Assembly: GCA_964245195.1 (NCBI GenBank)
Contig: CAXTLR010000014.1
Location: 14,283 to 78,282 of the forward strand
DNA length: 64,000 nucleotides
Origin: an uncultured Acidobacteriaceae bacterium
Lineage (GTDB): Bacteria; Acidobacteriota; Terriglobia; Terriglobales; Acidobacteriaceae
Direction of reading: 5' to 3'
This document shows, piece after piece, positions 38,108-47,750 of this stretch (position 1 is the first letter of the stretch; every line of letters begins with the position of its first letter). Under the pieces are notes generated by a model. It saw only the letters and a list, made by a program, of their open reading frames with translations, did no database searches and was not told the DNA's origin. The position numbers and the translations under genes are program-made.

Positions 38108-39465
38108 GCCCCTCGCTGCATCCCATCCAGATCATTCAGCACAAGCGCGACGGACTGGCCCTCGCGGACAGCGAGATCCGCGGCTTCGTCCACGCCACAA
38201 CCGCCGGAACCGTCACCGACGCGCAGATCGCGGCGTTCCTCATGGCCGTCCTGCTCCGCGGACTCAACCCCGCCGAGCTCGCCAGCCTGACCGACGCCAT
38301 GCGCTGCTCGGGCGAGGTCTTCGACGCCAAACCTCTCGCCACCTACACCATTGATAAGCACTCCACCGGCGGCGTCGGCGACAAGACCTCCCTGCTCATC
38401 GCTCCCATCCTCGCCGCCGCCGGGCTCTCTCATCCCACCTCCGCAGGGGTCCCCGGCATCTGCGTTCCGATGATCTCCGGACGCTCGCTAGGCCACACCG
38501 GCGGCACGCTCGACAAGCTCGAGACCATCCCGGGCTTCAACACCCAGCTCACGCTTCCACGCTTTGCCGAGATCCTCCGCAGCTGCGGGGCCTGCCTCAT
38601 CGGCCAGACGCCCACGCTCGTTCCCGCCGACCGCATCCTCTACGGGCTGCGCGACCATACCGGAACCGTCGAATCGCCCTTCCTCATCACCGCCAGCATC
38701 ATGAGCAAGAAGCTCGCCGAAGACCTCAACGGGCTGGTGCTCGACGTCAAAACCGGCTCGGGTGCCTTTCTCCGCACTGATGCCGAGGCTCGCCAGCTCG
38801 CCCAGCTGATGGTCGACACAGGCGAGTCCGCCGGAACCACCACCGTCGCTCTGCTAACCGACATGTCGCAGCCGCTCGGATGCTTCGCCGGCAACTGGCT
38901 CGAGGTCTACGAGTGCGTCGAAATCCTTCAAGGCCGCCGCCGCGACCTCTCCGCTGACCTCATCCACCTCACCAACACCCTCTCCGGCTGGATGCTCTTC
39001 CTCGCCGGCCATGCCGAATCCTCCGCCGCCGGCTATCTACTCTCGAACCAGCTCCTCGCCACCGGAGCCGCGTGGGAAGCCTGGCTCAGCATCGTCGCGG
39101 CCCAGGGCGGAGACACCAGCATTTTCGAGAACCCCGCAGCCTTCCACAAACCGCGCGCCTCGGCCGTCCTCACCGCGCACTCTACCGGCTATCTCTCCTC
39201 TATGGACTGCACCGAAGTCGGCTGGGCAATCCAGCGCTTGGGTGCCGGCCGCACCCGCCCCGGCGATCCCGTCAGCGCCCACGCCGGCCTCGAAGTTCAC
39301 GCCAAACTCGGCCATTACGTACAGCAGGGAGCCCCCCTGGTCACCCTCTATGCCGAGGACGAGGCCCTTCTCGCCGAACCTCTCGACATGCTCCGCGCCG
39401 CCTACATATTCCGCCCCGAACCGCCAGTCCTTCCCAACCTAGTCCGCGAGGTTATCCGCCGCTAA
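38104..39465 (+). CDS. deoA: Thymidine/pyrimidine-nucleoside phosphorylase
   Basis: Motifs DKHSTGGVGDK, SGRSLGHTGGTLDKLE, SIMSKK and DVKTGSGAF. Confidence 0.93.
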   Translation: MSPSLHPIQIIQHKRDGLALADSEIRGFVHATTAGTVTDAQIAAFLMAVLLRGLNPAELASLTDAMRCSGEVFDAKPLATYTIDKHSTGGVGDKTSLLIAPILAAAGLSHPTSAGVPGICVPMISGRSLGHTGGTLDKLETIPGFNTQLTLPRFAEILRSCGACLIGQTPTLVPADRILYGLRDHTGTVESPFLITASIMSKKLAEDLNGLVLDVKTGSGAFLRTDAEARQLAQLMVDTGESAGTTTVALLTDMSQPLGCFAGNWLEVYECVEILQGRRRDLSADLIHLTNTLSGWMLFLAGHAESSAAGYLLSNQLLATGAAWEAWLSIVAAQGGDTSIFENPAAFHKPRASAVLTAHSTGYLSSMDCTEVGWAIQRLGAGRTRPGDPVSAHAGLEVHAKLGHYVQQGAPLVTLYAEDEALLAEPLDMLRAAYIFRPEPPVLPNLVREVIRR

Positions 39466-39546
39466 CCCCCGCGCCTGCGAGCCATCCCGCACGCTCGCCG
39501 TATACTTTGCACACCCGTCTCTATCCTCCTCACCCGGAGCCCCCTT

Positions 39547-40785
39547 TTGGCCCGATTCACCGGTCTGCTCGGCCTCTTCACTTTTCTCGCCTTGGCCTGG
39601 CTGTTCTCTACAAATCGCCGCGCCATCCGCTGGCGCACCGTCGCCTGGGGCCTCGGCCTGCAGATCCTCTTCGCCTTCCTGGTCATTAAGTGGAACACCG
39701 GCCAGCTCATCCTGCACAGCATCTCGACCGTCATCACCTCGCTACTCGGCCACTCCGCCGACGGCTCCTCCCTCGTCTTCGGCCGCATCGGCACGCCCGG
39801 CGACTCGCTCGCCACCCTTGCTTTCGCCGTCCTCCCGACCATCATCTTCGTCTCCGCATTTTTCGCCATCATGTACCACATCGGCTTAATGCAGCAAATC
39901 ATTAGGGTCGTCGCCTGGATTATGCAGCGCACCATGGGAACCTCCGGCGCCGAATCCACCAACGTCGCCGCCAGCATCTTCATGGGCCAGACTGAAGCCC
40001 CGCTCACCATCCGCCCCTTCCTCGCCGGCGCCACCCGCTCCGAGCTCATGACCATCATGACCTCCGGCATGGCCCACGTCTCGGGAGGCATCATGGCCGC
40101 CTACATCAGCTTCGGCATCAACGCCCAGGATCTCCTCTCCGCCGTCATCATGACAGCTCCCGGCACCATCCTCGTCGCCAAAATGCTGGTCCCCGAAACC
40201 GAAGTACCCAAAACAGCCGGCACCGTCCACATGCCGCCCAACGAAGAGCACCACAATGAGAACTTCATCGCAGCCATCGCGCGCGGCACCATCGACGGAG
40301 GCCAGCTCGCCTTCAACGTCGCCATCATGCTGATCTCCTTCGTCGCCCTGGTCGGCCTCTTCAACGCCATCATGCTCGGGATCTCCGACTTCTGCTGGGC
40401 GCACGGCCACATCCCCTTCCCCCACTCACTCAACGCCATCCTCGGCGTCATCGGCGCACCCATTGCCTGGCTGATCGGCATTCCCTGGCGAGAGGCCCGG
40501 CAGATCGGCAACCTGCTTGGCACCCGCACGATGATCAACGAGTTCGTCGCCTTCACCCAGCTCGGCCTGCTGAAATCCTCACTCGCCCCCCGCACCTTTT
40601 CGATCGCCACCTTCGCCCTCTGCGGCTTTGCCAACGTCGGCTCCATCGGCATGCAGATCGGCGGCATCGGCGCCCTGGTCCCGAACCGCCGCAACGATCT
40701 CGCCCAACTCGGTCTCCGCGCCATGCTCGCCGGCACCATGGCCAACCTGATGTCCGCCTCGATCGTCTCCATGCTGCTTCGTTAA
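39547..40785 (+). CDS. nupC: Concentrative nucleoside transporter (NupC/CNT)
   Basis: Motifs LPTIIF, IFMGQTEAPL, NEFVAF and FALCGFAN. Confidence 0.95.
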   Translation: MARFTGLLGLFTFLALAWLFSTNRRAIRWRTVAWGLGLQILFAFLVIKWNTGQLILHSISTVITSLLGHSADGSSLVFGRIGTPGDSLATLAFAVLPTIIFVSAFFAIMYHIGLMQQIIRVVAWIMQRTMGTSGAESTNVAASIFMGQTEAPLTIRPFLAGATRSELMTIMTSGMAHVSGGIMAAYISFGINAQDLLSAVIMTAPGTILVAKMLVPETEVPKTAGTVHMPPNEEHHNENFIAAIARGTIDGGQLAFNVAIMLISFVALVGLFNAIMLGISDFCWAHGHIPFPHSLNAILGVIGAPIAWLIGIPWREARQIGNLLGTRTMINEFVAFTQLGLLKSSLAPRTFSIATFALCGFANVGSIGMQIGGIGALVPNRRNDLAQLGLRAMLAGTMANLMSASIVSMLLR

Positions 40786-40919
40786 GTAATAGCGATTATG
40801 TGTGGGCGTACCGTGTGGCGAACCTATACGACCGTTCTCCCGAGAGAAACGACATCGCATGTATGTCTCCGCTCGGCGACCAACATGCAACGTCGAGATC
40901 GACCGACATCAGAACCTTC

Positions 40920-41477
40920 CTAGAACGGATCGTCCGCCCTCACGAGCGTCCACTCCATCCGCAGATACCCACGCCGCTTCAGGTGGACGCCGTCGCTGTA
41001 AGCGTCCGAATGCCCACGTAGCGCGCTCGCGTAATCGATAACGGAAATGTGCCGGTCCGCCGCTAGCCCCACAATGCCGCAATTCAGGAGGTCCACAGCT
41101 CGGAGATATTGCCCACTATTTCTATAAATAGGCGGTATTTGTCCCAGCACCGGATGGACCCCCGCCGCTTTGGCCAGATCCACCATCCGGCCGAGATTGT
41201 TTACGGTCGTGGCCGGGTCCAGCCCCTGGAGCGTGTCATTCGTCCCGCCCAGAATGACGACTTCACGGTACTTCGCCGAAGAGATCTGCCGTGGAAAGCG
41301 CTCTAGAATCTGCGCCGTCGTCTCCCCGCGAACGCCTAGGTTCGACCGCGGAAACGACCAGCCCCACGTCAGCGAATCGCCCATGAATGCCACACGGCGG
41401 CTCGCATGGTTCAGCCACGGAAATACAACGATCAGCGCAACCAGAACCACCAGCAGCCCCGCCCAAGCTCGTCGCAT
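40920..41477 (-). CDS. SGNH/GDSL hydrolase
   Basis: Block motifs GDSLT, G (GETT), GGTND and DGVH, with an N-terminal TM or signal segment. Confidence 0.9.
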   Translation of the reverse strand: MRRAWAGLLVVLVALIVVFPWLNHASRRVAFMGDSLTWGWSFPRSNLGVRGETTAQILERFPRQISSAKYREVVILGGTNDTLQGLDPATTVNNLGRMVDLAKAAGVHPVLGQIPPIYRNSGQYLRAVDLLNCGIVGLAADRHISVIDYASALRGHSDAYSDGVHLKRRGYLRMEWTLVRADDPF

Positions 41478-41511
41478 GCGCCCGTTTCTCCCCGGCTTGT
41501 ATCATCGCAGA

Positions 41512-42105
41512 ATGATCCCGCTTGAAGACGCGCAGGCCCGCGCCCGCAACATCAAAGTCCTCATCTTCGACGTCGACGGCGTTCTCACCAACGGCGATAT
41601 CACCCTCATTCCGCAGCCCGATGGCTCCGGCGTGGAGGTAAAAAGCTTCACCGCGCACGACGGCCTCGGCATCTCGCTTGCCCGCCTCGGGGGCCTGCGC
41701 ACCGGCATCATCACCAAGCGCCAAAGTCAGACCGTGGCCCTCCGCATGCGCGACCTCAAAATGGAGTTCGTCTACCAGGGCCAGGCCCACAAACTCAAAG
41801 CCTTCGAGGAGATCCTCGCCAACGCCCAGATCACCGCCGACGAACTCTGCTACGTCGGCGACGACATCGTCGACCTGCCTATCCTGCGCCTCTGCGGGCT
41901 GGCCGTCGCCACCGCTAACGCCCGCGCCGAGGTGAAAGCCGCCGCGCACTGGGTCACGCCTCTGCCTGGCGGCCAGGGCGCCGGCCGCGACGTCATCGAC
42001 TTCATCCTCACCGCCCAGGGCTCTCTCGACCGCGTGATCGAGCAGTACCTCGACGTCGACAACCCCGCGGCCCAGGCCAGCGACATCGGCGCCGGCAATA
42101 TGTAA
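41512..42105 (+). CDS. kdsC: KDO 8-phosphate phosphatase (HAD)
   Basis: Motifs DVDGVLTNG, HDGLG, GDDIVD and GGQGAGRDV. The start is ATG 41512 within ORF 41170..42105. Confidence 0.9.
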   Translation: MIPLEDAQARARNIKVLIFDVDGVLTNGDITLIPQPDGSGVEVKSFTAHDGLGISLARLGGLRTGIITKRQSQTVALRMRDLKMEFVYQGQAHKLKAFEEILANAQITADELCYVGDDIVDLPILRLCGLAVATANARAEVKAAAHWVTPLPGGQGAGRDVIDFILTAQGSLDRVIEQYLDVDNPAAQASDIGAGNM

Positions 42106-42138
42106 GCGAACAACAGGCGAACGCGATAAGATCGAGCC

Positions 42139-45100
42139 ATGATCGCCGAAGCACCGGTCGCCGCCTCCCTCGCCTGGGCCCATCCCGTCGTCCAGGAGTG
42201 GTTCGTCGCCAAATTCGGCACGCCCACCGAGCCCCAGGAGGCCGGCTGGCCGCACATTCTCGCCGGCGAAACCACCCTCATCTCCGCCCCCACCGGCTCC
42301 GGCAAAACCCTCTCGGCCTTCCTCGTAGCCATCGACCAGCTCCTTCGCAAGGCCATCGCCGGCACCCTCGCCGCCGTCACCGAAGTCGTCTACGTCTCGC
42401 CCCTCAAAGCGCTCTCGAACGACATCCAGAAGAACCTAGACGCGCCGCTGGCCGAGATCCTCGAGCTCGCCCTGACCCGCGGCTACCTGGCGACGACCAT
42501 CCGCACCGGCGTCCGCACCGGCGACACCCTCGCCAAAGAACGCGCCGCCATGCTTCGCCACCCGCCGCACATCCTCGTCACCACCCCCGAATCCCTCTAC
42601 ATCCTCCTCACCTCCGGCAAGTCCCGCGAGAACCTTCGCCGCGTCCGCACCGTCATCGTCGACGAGATCCACGCCGTCGCCGACGACAAGCGTGGCGCTC
42701 ATCTCGCCCTCTCGCTCGAGCGCCTCGAAGCTCTCGTCTGCGGAGAAAACCACCTCACCCCCGGCGCCTTCCTCACCGGTCTAGCCACCCCGCCTCAACG
42801 CATCGGCCTCTCCGCCACCCAGAACCCCATCGAGCTCGTCGCCGACTTCCTCACCGGCAGCCACCCCTCGCGCTCGCCAGCGAAAATAGTCCAGGTCGGC
42901 CAGCGCCGCCATCTCGACCTCGCAATCGAAGTTCCCTCGGACGAACTCGGCTCCATCGCCACCATTTCCATGTGGACCGAACTCTTCGACAAGCTCGCCT
43001 CCCTCACTGAAGACCATCGCAGCACCCTCGTCTTCGTCAACACCCGCCGCCTCGTCGAAAAGATCGCGTTCGAACTCTCCGAACGCCTCGGGCCAGAGCA
43101 CGTCGCGGCGCACCACGGCTCACTTTCCCGCACCCTGCGCCTCGACGCAGAACAGCGCCTCAAGCGCGGCGAGATCAAGATCCTCATCGCCACCGCCTCG
43201 CTCGAGCTCGGCATCGACATCGGCAACGTCGACCTCGTCTGCCAAATCAACACCACCCGCGCCGTCGCCGTCGCCATGCAGCGCGTCGGGCGAGCCGGGC
43301 ACTGGCGCGGAGCCATCCCCAAGGGCCGCTTCTTCGCCACCACCCGCGACGACCTCCTCGAGCAGGCCGCCCTCATCCGCAAGATGCGCGCCGGCGAGCT
43401 CGACCAGCTCGAGATCCCCGACGCCCCCATCGACGTCCTCATGCAGCACATCGTCGCCGCCTGCGGAGCCGAGCCCTGGCGCGAAGACGCCCTCTTCGAC
43501 ATCCTGCGCCGCGCCTATCCCTACCGCGCCCTCACCCATGAGCATTTCGAGGAACTCCTCAAACTTTTGCACGAAGGCATCGAGTCCAGCCGCGGCCGTT
43601 ACGGCGCCTACCTCCTCCGCGACGGAGTTCACCGCGAGCTCCACCCCCGCCGCGGCGCCCGCATGATCGCCATCTCCAACGGCGGCGCCATCCCGGACAC
43701 CAGCCTCTTCGCCGTCATCCTCCAACCCGAAGGCGTCCAGATCGCAACTCTGGACGAACACTTCGCCGTCGATTCCTCCCCCGGCGACGTCGTGCTCCTC
43801 GGCAACGCCAGCTGGCGCATCCAGAAGATCGAATCCGCCGGCCGCGTCCTCGTCGAAGACGCCCACGGCGCCCCGCCCAGCATCCCATTCTGGGAGGGCG
43901 AAGCCCCGCAGCGCACCGGCGTTCTCTCCAACGGCGTCGGCGACCTACGTGAAGAAATCTCCACGCGCACCTCGAACGTCTCCCCGGCGGACCTGCGCCT
44001 TTACCCAGCCACCACTCCGGGTGCCCCAGGTCTCGCCTCTGAGACCTGGGACGGCCCCCCACAACAGCTCACGGACACCCTCCTCTGGCTCCAATCCGAA
44101 ACCGGCGTCTGCCGCAGCGGCGCCCTCCAGCTCATCGCCTACGTCGTCGCCGGCCGCGCCGTCCTCGGCGCCGTCCCCTCTAAAAACACCATCATCGCCG
44201 AGCGCTTCTTTGACGACGGCGGCGGCATGCAACTCATCCTCCACGCCCCCTTCGGCGGCCGCGTCAACAAGGCCTGGGGCCTCGCCCTCCGCAAACGCTT
44301 CTGCCGCGGCTTCAACTTCGAGCTCCAGGCCGCCGCCACCGACAACGGCATCAACATCTCGCTCGCCGAGCAACACAGCTTCCCCCTCGCCGACGTCTTC
44401 CACTTCCTCACCGAGCACACCGCGCAGGAGCTCCTTGAACAGGCCTCCATCACCTCGCCCATCTTCAAAAACCGCTGGCGCTGGGCCGCCGGGCGCAGCC
44501 TCCAACTCCTCCGCATGCAGAAAGGCAAACGCGTCGCCCCGCAGATCCAGCGGACCCGGTCCGACGATCTCATGGCCAACGTCTTCCCCCAAGCCGCCGC
44601 CTGCTTTGAAACCATTGTCGGCGACATCCAGATCCCCGACCATCCCCTCGTCCGCGAGGTCATGAAAGACGTCCTCACCGAGGCCATGGACATCGAGGGC
44701 TTGATCGAGATCCTCCGCGGCATCTCAAGCGGCGCAATCCGTTGTTTAGCAATAGATACGCCCAACCCCTCCGTCTTCGCGCATGAGCTCATCAACGCCA
44801 TGCCCTACGCCTACCTCGACGAAGCCGGCGCCGAGGAACGCCGAGCCCGCGCCACCACCCTCCGCCGCGGCCTGCCCTCCACGTCTCACAGCGAGCCCCG
44901 CCATCTCGACCAGGCAGCCATCGACACCGTCCGCGCCGAACTCTGGCCCGACCTCCGCGACGAACACGAGCTCCACGACCTCCTGCTCTCGCTCATCCTC
45001 CTGCCGCTCTCCTTCCTCGACACCGACCAGGCCGCCGGCTGGCCCATCTTCTACGAGCGTCTCGCCCGCAACAGCTGCGTCCAAACCGTCGAAGTCCACG

Positions 45101-46638
45101 GCAAACCCTGCTGGATCGCCACCGAACACCTACCTGCAGTCCAGTCCCTCGCGTCCGAAACAGAAATGGTTACAAATCCCGAACTCATCCTGAAATGCGT
45201 TCAGGGCTGGTTACAGATCCTCGGCCCCGTCACCGCCAACAGCTTCTCCACCCTCACCAGCCTGCCCGCCGCCGAAATCCTCAAAGCCTTTCTCACCATG
45301 GAAATGCAAGGGCTCGCCCTTCGCGGAGCCTTCGAGCATCCCGCCCTCACACCCTCCGATCCCGAACACGAGATCGAGTGGTGCGAGCGACGCATCCTCC
45401 AGCGTATCCACCGCCTCGCCCTCGGCACCCTGCGCAAGGCCGTCGAACCCGTAACGCCCTCCGTCTACATGCGCTGGCTGCTCGGCTGGCAGCACCTCGC
45501 CCCGCAAACCCAGCTCGCCGGCGAAGAAGGCCTGCTCGAAGTCCTCTCCAAGCTCGAAGGCTTTGAAGCCCCCGCCGTCGAATGGGAACGCACCCTGCTT
45601 CCCTCCCGCATCGCCAACTACGATCCCCGCTGGCTCGACGCCCTCTGCCTCTCCGGAGCCGTAGGCTGGGGACGCGTCTCGCCGCACCCCGCCTGGTCTG
45701 TGGGCCAGGGCTCCGCTCCCCGCCGTGTCATCCCCACCAACGCCGCGCCCATCACCTTCTTTGTCCGCGAGTCCGCTGACTGGCTCCCCCACGCACTCGC
45801 CGCCCAGTGCGTCGACGAAAGCACCCTGCTCGCCGCCCTCAGCCCCGACGCCCTCGCCGTCCGCACTCTCCTCCGCCAACGCGGAGCCTGCTTTTCAAAC
45901 GACCTCCAGCGCCTGCTCGCCTTCACCCGCCCTCAGGCCCAGCACGCCCTCTGGGAGCTCGCCACCGCCGGCATCGCCTCCGCCGACGGCTTCGACCAAC
46001 TCCGCGGCATGATGGATCCCCGCCGCAAGGCCGCCGCCGCCACCCCCGCCAGCCTCAACAAACGCGCCTCCGCCCGCACCACCGCCGGCCGCTGGTCGCT
46101 CCTCTGCGACGAGGCCGAGCCACCCGCGCCCGCGACTAAACCCACTCCCGCCGAACATCAGGCGCAGGCCATTGCCGAAGCCCGCCGCCTGGACGCCGCG
46201 CACGAGTCCGCCGCGCGCATGCTGCTTTGCCGTTACGGCGTCCTCTTCCGCGACCTGCTCGAGCGTGAGTCGAACGCCCCAAAATGGCGTGACCTCCTCA
46301 ACATCCTTCGCCGCCTCGAAGCCCGTGGCGAGATCCGCGGAGGCCGCTTTATCTCCGGCTTCGGCGGCGAGCAGTTCGCCCTACCCGAAGCCGTCGACTC
46401 CCTCCGCGACTCCCGCAGCCGGACCTGCACGCACGACATCTCCGTCGCCGCCGCCGACCCCATGAACCTCGTCGGTATCGTCATCCCCGGCGTCCGCACC
46501 GCCGCTGTTCCCGGCCGCCATCTTCGCTTCCTCAATGGCTCCCTTGTAGCTGACCCCACCCTATCAACAGAACTCGCCAGCTCCATCCCATCCACTTCAG
46601 AGCTTTCCAGCTCGGCGCCCGAGCAGCGGTTATTCTGA
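42139..46638 (+). CDS. lhr: Long-form Lhr SF2 DNA helicase, paralogue 2
   Basis: APTGSGKT, DEIH, SAT, SLELGIDIG, QRVGRAGH, GGAIPD and CTD motifs (LLGWQHL, GRWSLL, LLCRYGVLFRD, GEIRGGRF). Confidence 0.92.
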   Translation: MIAEAPVAASLAWAHPVVQEWFVAKFGTPTEPQEAGWPHILAGETTLISAPTGSGKTLSAFLVAIDQLLRKAIAGTLAAVTEVVYVSPLKALSNDIQKNLDAPLAEILELALTRGYLATTIRTGVRTGDTLAKERAAMLRHPPHILVTTPESLYILLTSGKSRENLRRVRTVIVDEIHAVADDKRGAHLALSLERLEALVCGENHLTPGAFLTGLATPPQRIGLSATQNPIELVADFLTGSHPSRSPAKIVQVGQRRHLDLAIEVPSDELGSIATISMWTELFDKLASLTEDHRSTLVFVNTRRLVEKIAFELSERLGPEHVAAHHGSLSRTLRLDAEQRLKRGEIKILIATASLELGIDIGNVDLVCQINTTRAVAVAMQRVGRAGHWRGAIPKGRFFATTRDDLLEQAALIRKMRAGELDQLEIPDAPIDVLMQHIVAACGAEPWREDALFDILRRAYPYRALTHEHFEELLKLLHEGIESSRGRYGAYLLRDGVHRELHPRRGARMIAISNGGAIPDTSLFAVILQPEGVQIATLDEHFAVDSSPGDVVLLGNASWRIQKIESAGRVLVEDAHGAPPSIPFWEGEAPQRTGVLSNGVGDLREEISTRTSNVSPADLRLYPATTPGAPGLASETWDGPPQQLTDTLLWLQSETGVCRSGALQLIAYVVAGRAVLGAVPSKNTIIAERFFDDGGGMQLILHAPFGGRVNKAWGLALRKRFCRGFNFELQAAATDNGINISLAEQHSFPLADVFHFLTEHTAQELLEQASITSPIFKNRWRWAAGRSLQLLRMQKGKRVAPQIQRTRSDDLMANVFPQAAACFETIVGDIQIPDHPLVREVMKDVLTEAMDIEGLIEILRGISSGAIRCLAIDTPNPSVFAHELINAMPYAYLDEAGAEERRARATTLRRGLPSTSHSEPRHLDQAAIDTVRAELWPDLRDEHELHDLLLSLILLPLSFLDTDQAAGWPIFYERLARNSCVQTVEVHGKPCWIATEHLPAVQSLASETEMVTNPELILKCVQGWLQILGPVTANSFSTLTSLPAAEILKAFLTMEMQGLALRGAFEHPALTPSDPEHEIEWCERRILQRIHRLALGTLRKAVEPVTPSVYMRWLLGWQHLAPQTQLAGEEGLLEVLSKLEGFEAPAVEWERTLLPSRIANYDPRWLDALCLSGAVGWGRVSPHPAWSVGQGSAPRRVIPTNAAPITFFVRESADWLPHALAAQCVDESTLLAALSPDALAVRTLLRQRGACFSNDLQRLLAFTRPQAQHALWELATAGIASADGFDQLRGMMDPRRKAAAATPASLNKRASARTTAGRWSLLCDEAEPPAPATKPTPAEHQAQAIAEARRLDAAHESAARMLLCRYGVLFRDLLERESNAPKWRDLLNILRRLEARGEIRGGRFISGFGGEQFALPEAVDSLRDSRSRTCTHDISVAAADPMNLVGIVIPGVRTAAVPGRHLRFLNGSLVADPTLSTELASSIPSTSELSSSAPEQRLF
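44015..44050 (-). repeat. REP-like palindrome embedded in-frame in lhr2
   Basis: CTCCGGGTGC-CCCAGGTCTC-gcctct-GAGACCTGGG forms a perfect 10-bp stem. The tail matches the element at 9842-9888. Confidence 0.65.
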
Positions 46639-46642
46639 GCAG

Positions 46643-46813
46643 GTGACTGCCCCATCCGACCTCCCGGCAGACGAGCCCGCGACCTCCGACGAACTCGCGC
46701 CCGAAGACTTCTATTTCGACGGCCCATACCTAGTCTTCACAGCCGCCTACCATCTTAAGCGTGGCTACTGCTGCAACTCCGACTGCCGCCACTGCCCGTA
46801 CAAAGAGCTATAG
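46643..46813 (+). CDS. Small Cys-rich protein, DUF5522-like (56 aa; absent from ORF track)
   Basis: GTG...TAG open frame encoding MTAPSDLPADEPATSDELAPEDFYFDGPYLVFTAAYHLKRGYCCNSDCRHCPYKEL. Confidence 0.8.
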   Translation: MTAPSDLPADEPATSDELAPEDFYFDGPYLVFTAAYHLKRGYCCNSDCRHCPYKEL

Positions 46814-47692
46814 CTTGGCATCCTGCAGCGCCGGCATGAGCGCCAGGTCGGCGATCTGTCCGTTCCGCATCGCCTTGGCGTTGTGCATCATCAAGACCAC
46901 ACGCGGGTCGCCCAGATAAGCCCGAAGCACCCGATCCTGGCCCATCTCGGATTGCGTGTCGAAGCCCACCTCCGTCGCCCGTGCCAGCCAGCGCAGCATG
47001 CTGTCCACGTTGTGATCCCGGGCGGCAAGCTTAGCCATCTCGAAGCAAAAACGGCCGCGATCGCTGGGCGAGAGCACATGGGCCTCAATGCCGCTCGAGC
47101 CTCCGCTCTGCAAGGCGTTTGGGTCGAGCTTGAGAGCCATCGCAAACTGTTTTCGAGCGCTGTCGTAATCCTTGACTTCAAAGTAGGCCGTGCCCAGATT
47201 GGCGTGAAAAGTCGCCTTGTTCTTGTTGAGCTTGACTGCTCGCCTGTAATCTCCGATGGCCCGCGGGAAGTCGCCCGCAACATACTCCGAAGCAGCCAGA
47301 TTGTTCCAGGCATCGGGGTCCCTGGGCGCCAGGTGGACCGCGCGCTGGAAGGCGGTGCGTGCGAGTTCCGGGTGATGCAGTTCCAACAGCGTGATGCCCA
47401 TGCGGTTGGTCAATCTTCCCGGATCGCCCCCGCGCTCGAGTGCAAAGCGATAGTAGTCCAGCGCGTCCTCGGGAAGACGCCGGGCCCGCATCACGTCGGC
47501 GGCTAACTGCAAACTGGCAGGGGACGCCGTGGCCGGATCAGGAAGGTGTCCCTCCATGGCCACCCAGTCCGCAGACTGGTGGCGCGCGACCCGTTCCGAG
47601 TCCGCGCTCCCGGACAGCTGTGCGTAAGATGGTGCCGCAACGTAGGCAAACGGGAGCAGCAGGCAGACGGCGGCGAGCAGGCATGGTCTCAT
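46808..47692 (-). CDS. Exported tetratricopeptide repeat protein
   Basis: Signal peptide and TPR units (AWNNLAASEYVAGDFPRAIGDYRRAVKL; FHANLGTAYFEVKDYDSA). Confidence 0.88.
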   Translation of the reverse strand: MRPCLLAAVCLLLPFAYVAAPSYAQLSGSADSERVARHQSADWVAMEGHLPDPATASPASLQLAADVMRARRLPEDALDYYRFALERGGDPGRLTNRMGITLLELHHPELARTAFQRAVHLAPRDPDAWNNLAASEYVAGDFPRAIGDYRRAVKLNKNKATFHANLGTAYFEVKDYDSARKQFAMALKLDPNALQSGGSSGIEAHVLSPSDRGRFCFEMAKLAARDHNVDSMLRWLARATEVGFDTQSEMGQDRVLRAYLGDPRVVLMMHNAKAMRNGQIADLALMPALQDAKL

Positions 47693-47750
47693 GGCAGTGC
47701 CTCAACTTGCCAACATACTGCGCCCGCACCGCGAGGCTGTCAATACCGCC

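Noticed and set aside
37685-40785. Functional link between cdd-pdp-nupC and the uracil-glycosylase domain of Lhr
   Set aside because: This is an ordinary nucleoside-salvage operon, and adjacency alone is not evidence.
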